Source: Nanobdellota archaeon
GTDB taxonomy: Archaea > Nanobdellota > Nanobdellia > Pacearchaeales > GW2011-AR1
Assembly (NCBI GenBank): GCA_038045705.1
Contig: JBBSXO010000003.1
Coordinates: forward strand, 150,949 to 214,948
DNA length: 64,000 nt
Direction: 5' to 3'
Below are positions 39,422 to 49,353 of the stretch, piece by piece (positions within the stretch are counted from its first letter, which is position 1; each line of letters begins with the position of its first letter). Below the pieces are notes generated by a model. It was not told the DNA's origin, made no database searches, and saw only the letters and a program-made list of their open reading frames with translations. The position numbers and the translations under genes are program-made.

Positions 39422-39682
39422 ATGAAATATATAAAAAAGGGTAAGTTAAAACTAGAAGAAGAAAGTGCCCTTTTAGCAAATGAAAGAACATTGTTGTCAT
39501 ATATAAGAACAACATTTTCGGCTCTAATTTTAGGATTTGCATTAATACAATTGTCAAATCAAAACCATTCAATGTTAAGAGTAGGCATAGCCACAATTAT
39601 AGGAGGATTTATTCTTGGAATAATAGGGTTTATAGAATTCAAATTACATAAAAAAAGAATAAAGATAGAAGCAGAAGAATAA
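39422..39682 (+). CDS. DUF202/YidH-like membrane protein
   Basis: LANERTLLSYIRT followed by two TMs. Confidence 0.88.
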   Translation: MKYIKKGKLKLEEESALLANERTLLSYIRTTFSALILGFALIQLSNQNHSMLRVGIATIIGGFILGIIGFIEFKLHKKRIKIEAEE

Positions 39683-39687
39683 ACACA

Positions 39688-40077
39688 TTACCAGACTTCA
39701 AGTTTTACAATAATATTCTCAAAGTCTTTTTTATTTCTAGTAATGAGTGTTAAGTCAAAAGCTTTTGCTATTGAAGCTATCATTAAATCTGGTTCTTGTG
39801 TTGTCTTACCCAATTTTCTCAACCTTGAATATTCCTCGCCAAAAAACCTGCAAGACTCTTGATTAAATCCAATTATTGTAACTGAATTCAAAAAGTTATC
39901 AATTACAGCTAATTCATTTTCAGAATTATTGGATAAATAAACTCCTTTGTATAATTCACATAAAGTAATAAAAGTAATAAATAAGCCTTCATTTTCTATT
40001 TTATTAATAGCTTCAACAACATGAGACTTATTTCTTAGAAAGTCGATTACGATATTAGTATCTAAACAATAATTCAT
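39688..40077 (-). CDS. vapC: PIN-domain (VapC) toxin
   Basis: LDTNIVID, DLMIASIA, TRNKKDF. Confidence 0.92.
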   Translation of the reverse strand: MNYCLDTNIVIDFLRNKSHVVEAINKIENEGLFITFITLCELYKGVYLSNNSENELAVIDNFLNSVTIIGFNQESCRFFGEEYSRLRKLGKTTQEPDLMIASIAKAFDLTLITRNKKDFENIIVKLEVW

Positions 40078-40304
40078 AAGTTATGGCCTCTTAATTTAAA
40101 ATTTTTACGATCTGAATATATTTTTTCTTCAATTTCTTTCCACTCATCAGAATTATCTTTAAATGCACCAGCAAAATCCATTATACTCTTTTTTTTCTTT
40201 CTAGTATTTACTAATTCAACAATAACTTCTGAAAACGATTTCAAACCCTTCAATGCCTTCAATTTTGAATACGCTTCATTAGACAAAGAGACCATTTTAA
40301 CCAT
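40074..40304 (-). CDS. VapB antitoxin (DUF217-like)
   Basis: SLSNEAYSKLKALK..SFSEVI..FAG. Confidence 0.85.
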   Translation of the reverse strand: MVKMVSLSNEAYSKLKALKGLKSFSEVIVELVNTRKKKKSIMDFAGAFKDNSDEWKEIEEKIYSDRKNFKLRGHNL

Positions 40305-40390
40305 GTATCTCTATATGTATATGTATATATAAACATTTCTACTAAGCCAAACACAATAATCCCTATAAACTTCAACAAGTCTAATTCTAA

Positions 40391-41593
40391 ATGTCAAATG
40401 TCTGTAAAACTTGTTTTGAAGAAGATTGTGACAAACACAGTTTCTTTATAGGTAAACCAGTAAAAATCCAAAACTTCAGTGGATCAACACCTCCAGAGAT
40501 ATTTGTTGGAAAATGGAATTACCCTAATGTATACACTGGAATCTTAGCACCTCAAGAAACTGGAGATACAAGTATAATGTCTTCTCCTGAATCATGGCAT
40601 GAAAATAAACTCTCAATTTCACAAATAGTAGACTATAGAAATCAACTAATTTATGGTAGAACTCAATCTAATATAAAAAAGTTAGAAAGTAAATTCTTAG
40701 GAGTAATGAAAGAAGTTGCAATGACTCATAAATCAGTTATAACTGAATTTCATCTAAAAAAACCAGTAACTGCTAACAAAGAACAAGATGATAGAAGCCC
40801 CCTAATACCTAAAGCAGCAGAAATAGAAAAAGCAGAATTACAAGAAAATGCGCCAGTAAAACCCAAAGTAGATTATTTAGTAAATGATAAAGAAACAAAA
40901 TCATCATTGGCAATTCAAGAACTACATAAAGCAAACACACAAACATCTACAATAATAAAAATTCTATCTGCAGGACTTTTAGGTTTAAAAAAGAATAGAA
41001 GACTAGTCCCAACAAGATGGTCTATAACTGCAGTAGACGATACTATATCAAAAAACAAGTTAGAAAAAATAAAACAATATCAGGAAATTAGCGAATATCT
41101 TGTATTCAATGCAGAATATCTTGGAAACCATTATGAATTTCTTTTAATACCTGACTCTTTTTCATTCGAAGTAATTGAGATTAGCATAAAAAATCCATAC
41201 AATCAAGCAGTGTGGCAAGACTACGAGACAATATTTTCAAGAAAAAAGTATGCAGATAGTGTAACCGGAGCATATTATGCAAACCGACTAGCATTAACTG
41301 AATATTTAGAATCAATAAAGAGGCAAGCTACTTGTTTGGTATTCAGAGAAATTCGTCCTCAATATTATGCACCATGTGGTGTAGGAATTTTAAGAGAAAC
41401 AAGCAGAGAAGCATTTAAAAAAAGTCCAGAAAAATTTAACACATTAAATGAGGCATTAAATAATATCCAAACAAGATTAAAGCAACCAGTCTCAAATTAC
41501 ATAGATAAATCAGTTATTTTAAAAATGAAAAAGACTCAAACAAAATTGAGTTTCTTTAACAACCCCTCATCAAATCACGTGCTCTCTCTGTAG
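40391..41593 (+). CDS. nreA: Nre family DNA repair protein
   Basis: PPEIFVG..YP, RRLVPTRWSITAVD, GAYYA, C-terminal PIP box QTKLSFF. Confidence 0.92.
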   Translation: MSNVCKTCFEEDCDKHSFFIGKPVKIQNFSGSTPPEIFVGKWNYPNVYTGILAPQETGDTSIMSSPESWHENKLSISQIVDYRNQLIYGRTQSNIKKLESKFLGVMKEVAMTHKSVITEFHLKKPVTANKEQDDRSPLIPKAAEIEKAELQENAPVKPKVDYLVNDKETKSSLAIQELHKANTQTSTIIKILSAGLLGLKKNRRLVPTRWSITAVDDTISKNKLEKIKQYQEISEYLVFNAEYLGNHYEFLLIPDSFSFEVIEISIKNPYNQAVWQDYETIFSRKKYADSVTGAYYANRLALTEYLESIKRQATCLVFREIRPQYYAPCGVGILRETSREAFKKSPEKFNTLNEALNNIQTRLKQPVSNYIDKSVILKMKKTQTKLSFFNNPSSNHVLSL

Positions 41594-41792
41594 AAACATA
41601 ATGTGTAGGCATCATCTTATTGCCCTTTTCCTCTAAGTAACCTGCAACAGTTAAAATTCTACAATGCCCAACCTCATCAGGCATAAAATCAGGGCCTATT
41701 CGTCCATCTCTAATTACTTGAGATAATAATCTATAACAGCTACTTCTAAATTCGACCCCCTCTCGAGAACCACTCATTAATCCTTCATCCAA
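41556..41792 (-). CDS. hypothetical protein (start uncertain)
   Basis: GC-richer ORFan; frame stays open about 45 nt upstream without an ATG. Confidence 0.4.
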   Translation of the reverse strand: MDEGLMSGSREGVEFRSSCYRLLSQVIRDGRIGPDFMPDEVGHCRILTVAGYLEEKGNKMMPTHYVSTERARDLMRGC

Positions 41793-41895
41793 AAATCTGG
41801 GAAAAGAGCAATCAAATCTCTCTTGAAATAATTCTAAGTTTATCTATTATGAACAAATTAGAGAGTTATAAATTTAATGATACCAAAATTATCTT

Positions 41896-41979
41896 TTACC
41901 CCCAAGCAACAATAACTCCAATCAATCCAGCTAATTCAGCATCACTTAAAGTCAAGTTCTGCAAAAATAAACCAATCAT
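41896..41979 (-). other. 27-aa hydrophobic ORF coupled to the tbp stop (TAATG); probable gene remnant
   Basis: MIGLFLQNLTLSDAELAGLIGVIVAWG*. Confidence 0.4.
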
Positions 41980-42548
41980 TACTCATTCTCTTTCTTTAAT
42001 CTCTTAAGAACATCCTTTACATTCTTATTCAACTGAACCATAGAATCATCTAACTCATTCCTATTCTTTGTACCAGTACATACAAGCTTCCCATTAGAAA
42101 AAAGTAAAAATGTAGCATTAGGAGTTCCTAATTTATACACGAGACCTGGAAATTGTTCAGGCTCATATTCAGTATTTTCTAACTCCAATGCAAGTATATT
42201 AAGATTCAAATCAACATCAATACTACCAGAAGCAACAATATTCTGAACAGTTATTTTAGGTTTTGTCGTAATCTTGACTCCTATTTTAGCAAGTTGTTTT
42301 ATGACTTGATCTACAACTTCTTTAACTTGAGCGATACTTTTAGTTCCAGTACATACCAAATTCCCAGATGAAAAAACAAGAACTGCAGATTTAGGTTTTT
42401 TAACTCTTAAAACAAGACCTGGAAATTGTTCAGGATTATATTCAGTATTACTTTGCATTTTAGCAAGTTTAGTTAATGAAACTTCTTTTCCAAGAGAAGC
42501 TGTCGCAACAATATTCTGGACGATCAAATTGGATTTTACGTCAGACAT
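41979..42548 (-). CDS. tbp: TATA-box binding protein
   Basis: two repeats QNIVA..EY.PEQFPGLV..LxFSxGxLVCTG; ATG at 42548 preferred. Confidence 0.97.
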   Translation of the reverse strand: MSDVKSNLIVQNIVATASLGKEVSLTKLAKMQSNTEYNPEQFPGLVLRVKKPKSAVLVFSSGNLVCTGTKSIAQVKEVVDQVIKQLAKIGVKITTKPKITVQNIVASGSIDVDLNLNILALELENTEYEPEQFPGLVYKLGTPNATFLLFSNGKLVCTGTKNRNELDDSMVQLNKNVKDVLKRLKKENE

Positions 42549-42588
42549 CTTAAAGATATTTAAATAGGGGTCTTTATAAACCTTAGGT

Positions 42589-44289
42589 TTAACCTTTTTT
42601 AGATAATCGTCGGGTATTCTTAACAATTTCTCTTTTTACATCTTCAAGAGTCGCTATATCATGAATTCCTCTTTCAGGTCTATAATGAGTTATTCTAGGA
42701 AATCTTAACGCAAAACCAGAAGAATAAGTGGGGCTAGGTTGCATATTTTGATAAGTAACTGAAACAATAACTTTAGGTTTAACAACAACTCCACCGTCAT
42801 TCTCTGAAATAATTAAAGGTTGTAACAATGAATCCATTTCTTGATAAGTTGTTCCCTCACTAGCTTTTTCCTTTAAACCAGAAGACACTTTTCCAATTTC
42901 CAAAAACTTGTCCCCATTTCTACAAGCAACAATAAAACTGGTGAGTCCACCAGCACGCTTACCAGTTCCATATTCTCCACCAACAATAACTAAATCAAAA
43001 TCCGAATCTGTAGGTTTTAATTTAGCCAAATTCCCAACATAACGACCAGAAACATAAGTAGAATTAAGATTCTTGATCATAATACCCTCCTCTCCTATTT
43101 TCAAAGCTTCTCGATAAAATTTATCAGCTTCCTTCTCAGAATCAGTAATTATTTGTGTAGAAACAGAAATTTTCCACGGAACACTAATAATTATTTGTTC
43201 AATAATTTTTCTTCTCTCAATAAATGGTATCTCTAACTTATCACTTCCATTTAAATAAAGAACATCAAAAATTTTCAACTCAACAGGCATTTTAGTAGCA
43301 ATCTCATAAATATTATATTTACGTTTAATTCTCTGGCTTATCGCTTCAAAAGGTAAATATTTACTTTTATTTGAATCAAATCCAACAGCTTCAGCATCTA
43401 AAATAAAGCTTTTTGCAGATACATACTTGGAAACTATATCGACTATATCTGGAAATTGATTTGTCACATTCTCAAGCCTTCTTGTAAAAAGATTTATTTT
43501 TTTACCATCTGAACTGATTATAATCCTAAAGCCATCATATTTATGTTCAAATGCTGCCGGCTTACCACATACTTTAAATGCCTCCTCAATATTGGAAACT
43601 GTTGTTGCCAACATAACATTCAATGGTCTTCCAGGAATAATAGAAACATGTTCAAAAGCATTTTCTCCAATGAATGAAAGTTTCAGAATTTGTGCAAAAT
43701 CATTCAATAAATCATAAGCTTTTTCAATTTTATGAAGCATCTCTTTATTATTGAAAAAAGCTTTAGATATAGATCCTAACAAAACTGCATCTGCAACTCC
43801 AATTCTCAAATCTCCAAGTAAAGTTCTAACAATATAACAAGACTCGCGAGTATTAGATTCAATTAATAATTCAGAAACAACTGCAATCTTTTTATCAACA
43901 GATCCATCACCAGAAATATATGCTATTTTTCTTAAACTATCCATAACATGTAAAGCACTTAGTTTTTTAGAAAAGAGAGAGCTTTGTTTTTTCTTAACAA
44001 GTAAAGAAACTGCAACATCTCCCAAATCACCTATCTCTTTAAATTTAGATACAACTTCTGAAGTTGAAAATCCAGAAGCAACACTTATAGATTTAATAAC
44101 AAGTTGCGTAGATATTCCAAGTTCACGCACATCATAGTCTGGAAAAACACGACCTCTGAGCAAATAAATAAGCTCTGCATTATTTTTTAAATTTGGTAAA
44201 AAATTAGCAATAATATCAATCTTTTCAAGCTTTTTTGTAGTTGAAGACAACTTATCATAAAGTTCAACAATCTGAGAGTATAACATCAA
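42589..44289 (-). CDS. lig: ATP-dependent DNA ligase
   Basis: EHKYDGFR, EGIMIK, ALRFPRI. Confidence 0.96.
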   Translation of the reverse strand: MMLYSQIVELYDKLSSTTKKLEKIDIIANFLPNLKNNAELIYLLRGRVFPDYDVRELGISTQLVIKSISVASGFSTSEVVSKFKEIGDLGDVAVSLLVKKKQSSLFSKKLSALHVMDSLRKIAYISGDGSVDKKIAVVSELLIESNTRESCYIVRTLLGDLRIGVADAVLLGSISKAFFNNKEMLHKIEKAYDLLNDFAQILKLSFIGENAFEHVSIIPGRPLNVMLATTVSNIEEAFKVCGKPAAFEHKYDGFRIIISSDGKKINLFTRRLENVTNQFPDIVDIVSKYVSAKSFILDAEAVGFDSNKSKYLPFEAISQRIKRKYNIYEIATKMPVELKIFDVLYLNGSDKLEIPFIERRKIIEQIIISVPWKISVSTQIITDSEKEADKFYREALKIGEEGIMIKNLNSTYVSGRYVGNLAKLKPTDSDFDLVIVGGEYGTGKRAGGLTSFIVACRNGDKFLEIGKVSSGLKEKASEGTTYQEMDSLLQPLIISENDGGVVVKPKVIVSVTYQNMQPSPTYSSGFALRFPRITHYRPERGIHDIATLEDVKREIVKNTRRLSKKG

Positions 44290-44327
44290 AACAAAAAGAA
44301 CTATTTTATCTTAAAGCTTGTGGTTAT

Positions 44328-45593
44328 CTAAATCTTTTTTTTAACAAGTCCAAATCTTTCTCTATTGTGAATTAACAATGCTCCAATACCCACAATTAAT
44401 AGAAGTATTCCAAAACCAAGAGCTCCTTTTTTACCTATTAAACCTGTAACTGCACCAGTAATCAAAGAGATTATAGAACCATTATTATTTTCATTTCCCC
44501 CTAAATTTTGTGAAGAATTAAAACTTAAATTCTCTAAGGGCAAAGTAATACGTCTCCTTCCTCCCCCCTCTTCTTGAGTAATAATTATAGGAGGATGGTT
44601 ATTAACCCTAGATATAGTAAATGAGCTACTATCACTATTAAACAATTTATTCTGTGTATTGCACGAAACACTCCAATTATAAACTCCCTGCCTTAGTAAA
44701 GCATCAACACCCCAAATAGAAGAATTATCATTATGATTAGGATAATAAATTAACTCATTAACACCATTATTAATAAAATTGATTAAACAAGAAAGATTTT
44801 CATTTCCGATTACTGATAAATTAACTGAAAATTCAAAGTGAATATTAGTTTCAGTGCCAGATATTTCGAAGACTTGCGAATTTACTGGAGAAATAAGATG
44901 TATAAATTCACCATTAACACTATTTAATGGAGATATCCAATGAGGTCTCAATCCATTATCTCCAATATCATCCTTAAACCACAAATGAACCTCCATTAAT
45001 TCATCAGTCTCATTCTGTACAAGCCTGGTCTCCAAGGCTATGGCTCCATAAAAATGAGGAGAAACAGATCCATTAAACACTAAGAATATAGGAGCACTAG
45101 AATTCAATTCAGCATGTTGGTCAAACTCAATAATACCAATACCATTAGTTTTATCCATTGTAACATTTAAAGTGATGTTAGTTAAGTTAAGCAAAGGAAT
45201 TTCTTCAATTGTAAAATTAGCAAAATAAGTACCATTAATCTCTTTAAATTCTTGCGAATAAAAAACTTCTAAAGGAACATATTCATTTAAGTATAAGTTT
45301 TGAGTATCAAACCACCCATCATACCAAACATAATTTATCCTTTGCCTAAAATGATCAGAAGAATCAAATGGTACAGAAATTTCATCATGAGCATTTGTCC
45401 CATTAACTCCTATAAATGTTATATTCTTAGAAGTATCATTAATATAAAAGTAATAAGTACTATTGGATAAATAATGAAGATACCCAAAATAATCATCAGA
45501 TATCTCTGTTTGATCTAAAGATGCGCTTGCAAAAGTAAATACAAACAAAAATACAAACAAAAACATAATAACCTTACTTTCCATCATTATCAA
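44328..45593 (-). CDS. surface glycoprotein-like protein with signal peptide and C-terminal membrane anchor
   Basis: signal peptide, many N-x-S/T, GVYNWSVSC Ig-like strand, low-complexity linker, ITGAV + TM + basic tail. Confidence 0.75.
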   Translation of the reverse strand: MIMMESKVIMFLFVFLFVFTFASASLDQTEISDDYFGYLHYLSNSTYYFYINDTSKNITFIGVNGTNAHDEISVPFDSSDHFRQRINYVWYDGWFDTQNLYLNEYVPLEVFYSQEFKEINGTYFANFTIEEIPLLNLTNITLNVTMDKTNGIGIIEFDQHAELNSSAPIFLVFNGSVSPHFYGAIALETRLVQNETDELMEVHLWFKDDIGDNGLRPHWISPLNSVNGEFIHLISPVNSQVFEISGTETNIHFEFSVNLSVIGNENLSCLINFINNGVNELIYYPNHNDNSSIWGVDALLRQGVYNWSVSCNTQNKLFNSDSSSFTISRVNNHPPIIITQEEGGGRRRITLPLENLSFNSSQNLGGNENNNGSIISLITGAVTGLIGKKGALGFGILLLIVGIGALLIHNRERFGLVKKKI

Positions 45594-45647
45594 ATGATAC
45601 TTACTTTATAAATAAGTTCGTTGTATAAAGCATACTACATACAACCA

Positions 45648-46373
45648 CTACAACCATCCCTTTTTACGTATCCCACTATCATGAATCTGAAAACTAAGAG
45701 ATTTTTCTCCAATAGACCTATGTTTTCTCAAATGAGCAGTTCTTTTTCCAGACTCGTTTTCTAATTCTATTAAACATTTACTCCAATATTTTATTATATC
45801 TCCCGCAACCATCCTGGTTTCATCTTTCCACTTATAGATTTGATTAGTCACAATAACAGGAATATTATTTTTTCTAGCAATCTCCACAAGAAGCCTCATT
45901 TGATTAGTTAGCTCCGCATTTACAGTTTGCATATTTTCAATATTATTCTCTTCACTTGAACGAGCATCTGCAAAATCTAATCTATAAAGCATAGTCATCC
46001 CATCTACAATTATGAGTGAAACTTGTTCTTTGACATGTTTAAGCAGTTGATCGAATGCTTGTTGTTGTTCTTTAAAATTGGTAGGTTTCAAAACAAGTAT
46101 ATTTTCTAAAACCTTATCAATCTCAAGATTTTCCTTAATCTCATTAGTAGATTTAGAAAAGAAAAGTTGTTTTGCTCTTTCAGAAGAGAAACCACCCTCT
46201 GTATCAATAAAAATTACCTTATTACCTTTTTTAGCCTGAGAAACAGCTACAATCATGCATAAATTTGTCTTACCACTTCCAGGTCCACCATAAAAAGTAG
46301 TCATAATACCAGAGTCATATCCTCCTTCGAGCCAAACATTCAAGTCATAATTTCCAGCAGAAATCTTCCCCAT
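45648..46373 (-). CDS. radB: DNA repair protein RadB
   Basis: GPGSGKT, FIDTEGGFS, VTNQ, KHR motif; no N-terminal HhH. Confidence 0.92.
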   Translation of the reverse strand: MGKISAGNYDLNVWLEGGYDSGIMTTFYGGPGSGKTNLCMIVAVSQAKKGNKVIFIDTEGGFSSERAKQLFFSKSTNEIKENLEIDKVLENILVLKPTNFKEQQQAFDQLLKHVKEQVSLIIVDGMTMLYRLDFADARSSEENNIENMQTVNAELTNQMRLLVEIARKNNIPVIVTNQIYKWKDETRMVAGDIIKYWSKCLIELENESGKRTAHLRKHRSIGEKSLSFQIHDSGIRKKGWL

Positions 46374-46484
46374 AAAAAAAAGAGAAGTTGAGAGTATAAA
46401 AAAGTTCTTCAGAGTTCAGAAAATTTTGAATATCTCAACATCTATCAAATAAATAAAAAATAAACATAAAAAATAAATTAGTCT

Positions 46485-46688
46485 TTATCTACGTCTTTTC
46501 TTGCTGTGTTTAGATTCCATCATTTCAGGCTCCTCACACATTCCACACTTTTTACACATCAAAGCGTGCAAAAGTAACAAGACTGCAGCAATAATAATTA
46601 CCCATCGTGAAGAAGCACTCCCCATATAAGCAAATATTATTATGATTATAGCAAGAATTGATTCAACCCAGTTGCATTTACAATTCAT
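46485..46688 (-). CDS. small Cys-rich two-TM protein
   Basis: GGAGGT RBS; CKC..TM..TM..CKKCGMC, basic tail. Confidence 0.75.
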   Translation of the reverse strand: MNCKCNWVESILAIIIIIFAYMGSASSRWVIIIAAVLLLLHALMCKKCGMCEEPEMMESKHSKKRRR

Positions 46689-46747
46689 ATAAACCTCCTT
46701 TCATCTAATAAGAGTAGTTAAAAATCATTAATAAATCTGCCTATTAA

Positions 46748-47002
46748 TTATTTAGCAGGAATTTTAGAAAGATTATCCAAATCTTTATTGATATTAATTA
46801 TAGCCTCACTTATAGCCTTCTTAGCAGTCTTACCTGAACTTTCAATTCTAAGTATAACCGGCTTAGTCAGATGGTCTCTTCTCCAAGCAACAAATTTGAT
46901 GCCATTTTGATTTAAATATACTCTAAGAAGTTCTGCAACAGTTAGATTGTCTACTCTAAGTTCAATTAAGTCAGATTCAGCAGATATAATTTCGACATTC
47001 AT
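46748..47002 (-). CDS. rpoL: RNA polymerase subunit L (Rpo11)
   Basis: TVAELLRVYL..FVAWRRDH..LRIE; size fits. Confidence 0.82.
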   Translation of the reverse strand: MNVEIISAESDLIELRVDNLTVAELLRVYLNQNGIKFVAWRRDHLTKPVILRIESSGKTAKKAISEAIININKDLDNLSKIPAK

Positions 47003-47131
47003 AATAACCAACAGAAATATCGATTTTTAAAGCTTTCTAGAAGCTGAACTTTTGTACAATAAGTAATCCTTGCAAAAAAAGTCTTCAAGTGACTATTTTA
47101 GATAAGGTGGGCTTAAATCAGAACAGCTTTT

Positions 47132-47569
47132 TCAAATAGAGACAGACCTATCTTTAGAGCGATTTAATCCAATTAATCCTATAAAAAATCCAGCTATAGC
47201 TATTAAATACAATCTGTCAGATAATTTATTTTCTTTACTATATATTTTAATTTCTGGTTGCTCTTCTAACCTTTTAACCTCTGATTTAGCAACCTCAATA
47301 TCTTGATAAGCTTTCTCTGTTCTAGAATGGGCTTGTGGAACCGAATAATCTCGTCTATCAGATTGCGGCGTATATATGTCAAAACCCTCTGCATGTCTAA
47401 CAGATTCAAATCTATTTTGTGCCCTAACTACATCCTCATGAGCTTGAAAGTATCTTTCTATTATAAGATTGTCTTTTTCAGGTGCTCTATATCTTGTTAG
47501 AGTCCCTCCAAGTAATCCTACTGTGGCTAGCCCAAACCCAAGCATTGGTGCTAATTTTGATTTTTTCAT
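47132..47569 (-). CDS. hypothetical membrane protein (TM-coiled coil-TM)
   Basis: hydrophobic ends, own TATA box. Confidence 0.65.
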   Translation of the reverse strand: MKKSKLAPMLGFGLATVGLLGGTLTRYRAPEKDNLIIERYFQAHEDVVRAQNRFESVRHAEGFDIYTPQSDRRDYSVPQAHSRTEKAYQDIEVAKSEVKRLEEQPEIKIYSKENKLSDRLYLIAIAGFFIGLIGLNRSKDRSVSI

Positions 47570-47769
47570 ATTTCTTAAGAATATATTCTATATTTAAATA
47601 TTTCTATTGTGACTACTCCATAATTAAACATAGAGCCCATTTCTTTCTAAAAGTAATTTTATTCTCTATAGCTCGATAATGTGTAGACCAGTTTCATTAA
47701 GAAACATGATTTTTGATTTCATAATTATACGCTTAAGTTCTACATCTGTTTAGATTTTATATCTCATGT

Positions 47770-48027
47770 TTATTTTAAATAAACATTATCAAAGTCTATA
47801 CAGCTATCTTGTTCTTGTTTAGTTAAATTTCTAGACTTGTAATTGGTTTGCTTTCTTAGTTCTTCAAGTTCATCTTTTTTTAAAATCAATATTTTAGTAA
47901 AATAACTGAATCCACATTTCAAACAATCAGCCGAACAATATTCAAATGGTTTTGTCTCAACGGAAGAACAAATAGTATCTTTCCCACCACATCTCCCACA
48001 ATCTAAAAAATAACTATCTCCACTCAT
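47770..48027 (-). CDS. small zinc-ribbon hypothetical protein
   Basis: CGRCG..CLKCG. Confidence 0.65.
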   Translation of the reverse strand: MSGDSYFLDCGRCGGKDTICSSVETKPFEYCSADCLKCGFSYFTKILILKKDELEELRKQTNYKSRNLTKQEQDSCIDFDNVYLK

Positions 48028-48032
48028 ATACC

Positions 48033-48626
48033 TTAATCCAAAATCTCAATATCATTTCCAGATACAGTGGCAGAATCCTTAAATAAATTAGAAGGTGCTT
48101 TTTCCTTCTTTTTTTCTTCATTTCTCTTTTGTAAATCAGCTAAATTAACTTGAGCAATTGAAGAAGGATGTTTTCTTAAATTAATTCCAAAAACATTTTC
48201 AATTCTGGAAATCAAAACAAAATCATCAGCAGGGAGTTCCCCTAACTCTATTTTCTTAACATCTTCTTCAGTAGAGTTTATCATCTGAGCAAGTTTAACT
48301 CTTGTAATATTTCTAGATTTTCTATTTTTAGCAACTTCCCAATTAAAATTAGGAATTAAATCCTGTAAAGCATTATTCTTCTTATTTCCGAATTTACCAT
48401 GTTTCCATTCATTCATTATAGAATTATTTCTTAAAACAGGTTCTTTACTTTTAATAGAAGAATTCTGAGATGGCAAAGAAACAGTAGTTTGAGGGCTATT
48501 ATTTATCTTACGCAAAATAAATAAATCTTCCAAAATAGCAACCCTTTCAGGCACTCTGATTATCTCACCATCTTTTATTGCTTCAACATAAACCGCATCC
48601 TGCTGTCTCAAATCAAGGTAATCCAT
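48033..48626 (-). CDS. MBF1-like Cro/HTH protein lacking the N-terminal zinc ribbon
   Basis: RKSRNITRVKLAQMI..VKKIELG..IENVFGINL. Confidence 0.72.
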   Translation of the reverse strand: MDYLDLRQQDAVYVEAIKDGEIIRVPERVAILEDLFILRKINNSPQTTVSLPSQNSSIKSKEPVLRNNSIMNEWKHGKFGNKKNNALQDLIPNFNWEVAKNRKSRNITRVKLAQMINSTEEDVKKIELGELPADDFVLISRIENVFGINLRKHPSSIAQVNLADLQKRNEEKKKEKAPSNLFKDSATVSGNDIEILD

Positions 48627-48657
48627 ATTAAATGTTAAAAATGCTCATTTAAATCAT

Positions 48658-49326
48658 TTATGGTGAATAAGTATCACTTTCATTAAAGACCAAATCTCGT
48701 AATTGTTCAAAACCTATTAAATCTGTAATTATTAATTCTTTATTAACTATTATCATAGGATAAGTTTTAGAGTCTAAAGATTTAACCAATAAGTCAACAG
48801 AAGCAACATCTGTATCAATAGCTATGGGAATTAAGATAACTTCATCAGGATTTTCGGTTTTCAAGTCAAAAACAAGATTTGATAAATAATTCTGTTTAGA
48901 AGAAATATCAATATTTTCTACATTATAATAATAGAGGTAAGTAACTATATGAAAGTCCTGTAAACATCTTTCTTTTAGTTTTTCAGCTTCAAGAAGTAAA
49001 AGAGTTCTCAACAAGTCATACCTTTTATGCAAAACTGTCAAATCTCCAATTCTGCCAGTTCCATCTACTTCTTCAAGATCAATAGCATCATCATAAATTT
49101 TATCTGCAAAAGTAAATAGACTTTCTTTTCCCAACTCACATGAAAGATTAGAATCCGTAATTAGCCTCTGGCGAACCTGTTCATCTAATATGTTTAATTC
49201 AGAGTTAACTAGATCTGTATATATTGATTGAGATTGGTTCAATTCTAAATAAAATCCTAGCAACATACCAAAAAAAAAGACAACTACTGTAAAGACAAGT
49301 GCTTGCCAAAACGCATGTTTACTCAT
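48658..49326 (-). CDS. membrane-anchored hypothetical protein
   Basis: N-terminal TM; possible thioredoxin-like C-terminus (YPMIIVN). Confidence 0.7.
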   Translation of the reverse strand: MSKHAFWQALVFTVVVFFFGMLLGFYLELNQSQSIYTDLVNSELNILDEQVRQRLITDSNLSCELGKESLFTFADKIYDDAIDLEEVDGTGRIGDLTVLHKRYDLLRTLLLLEAEKLKERCLQDFHIVTYLYYYNVENIDISSKQNYLSNLVFDLKTENPDEVILIPIAIDTDVASVDLLVKSLDSKTYPMIIVNKELIITDLIGFEQLRDLVFNESDTYSP

Positions 49327-49353
49327 ACTTTTCTCTCCTTATTGTGACATCTA

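Noticed and set aside
47600-47766. Broken coding-like sequence downstream of the zinc-ribbon ORF
   Set aside because: Multiple stops in all frames and no identifiable family.
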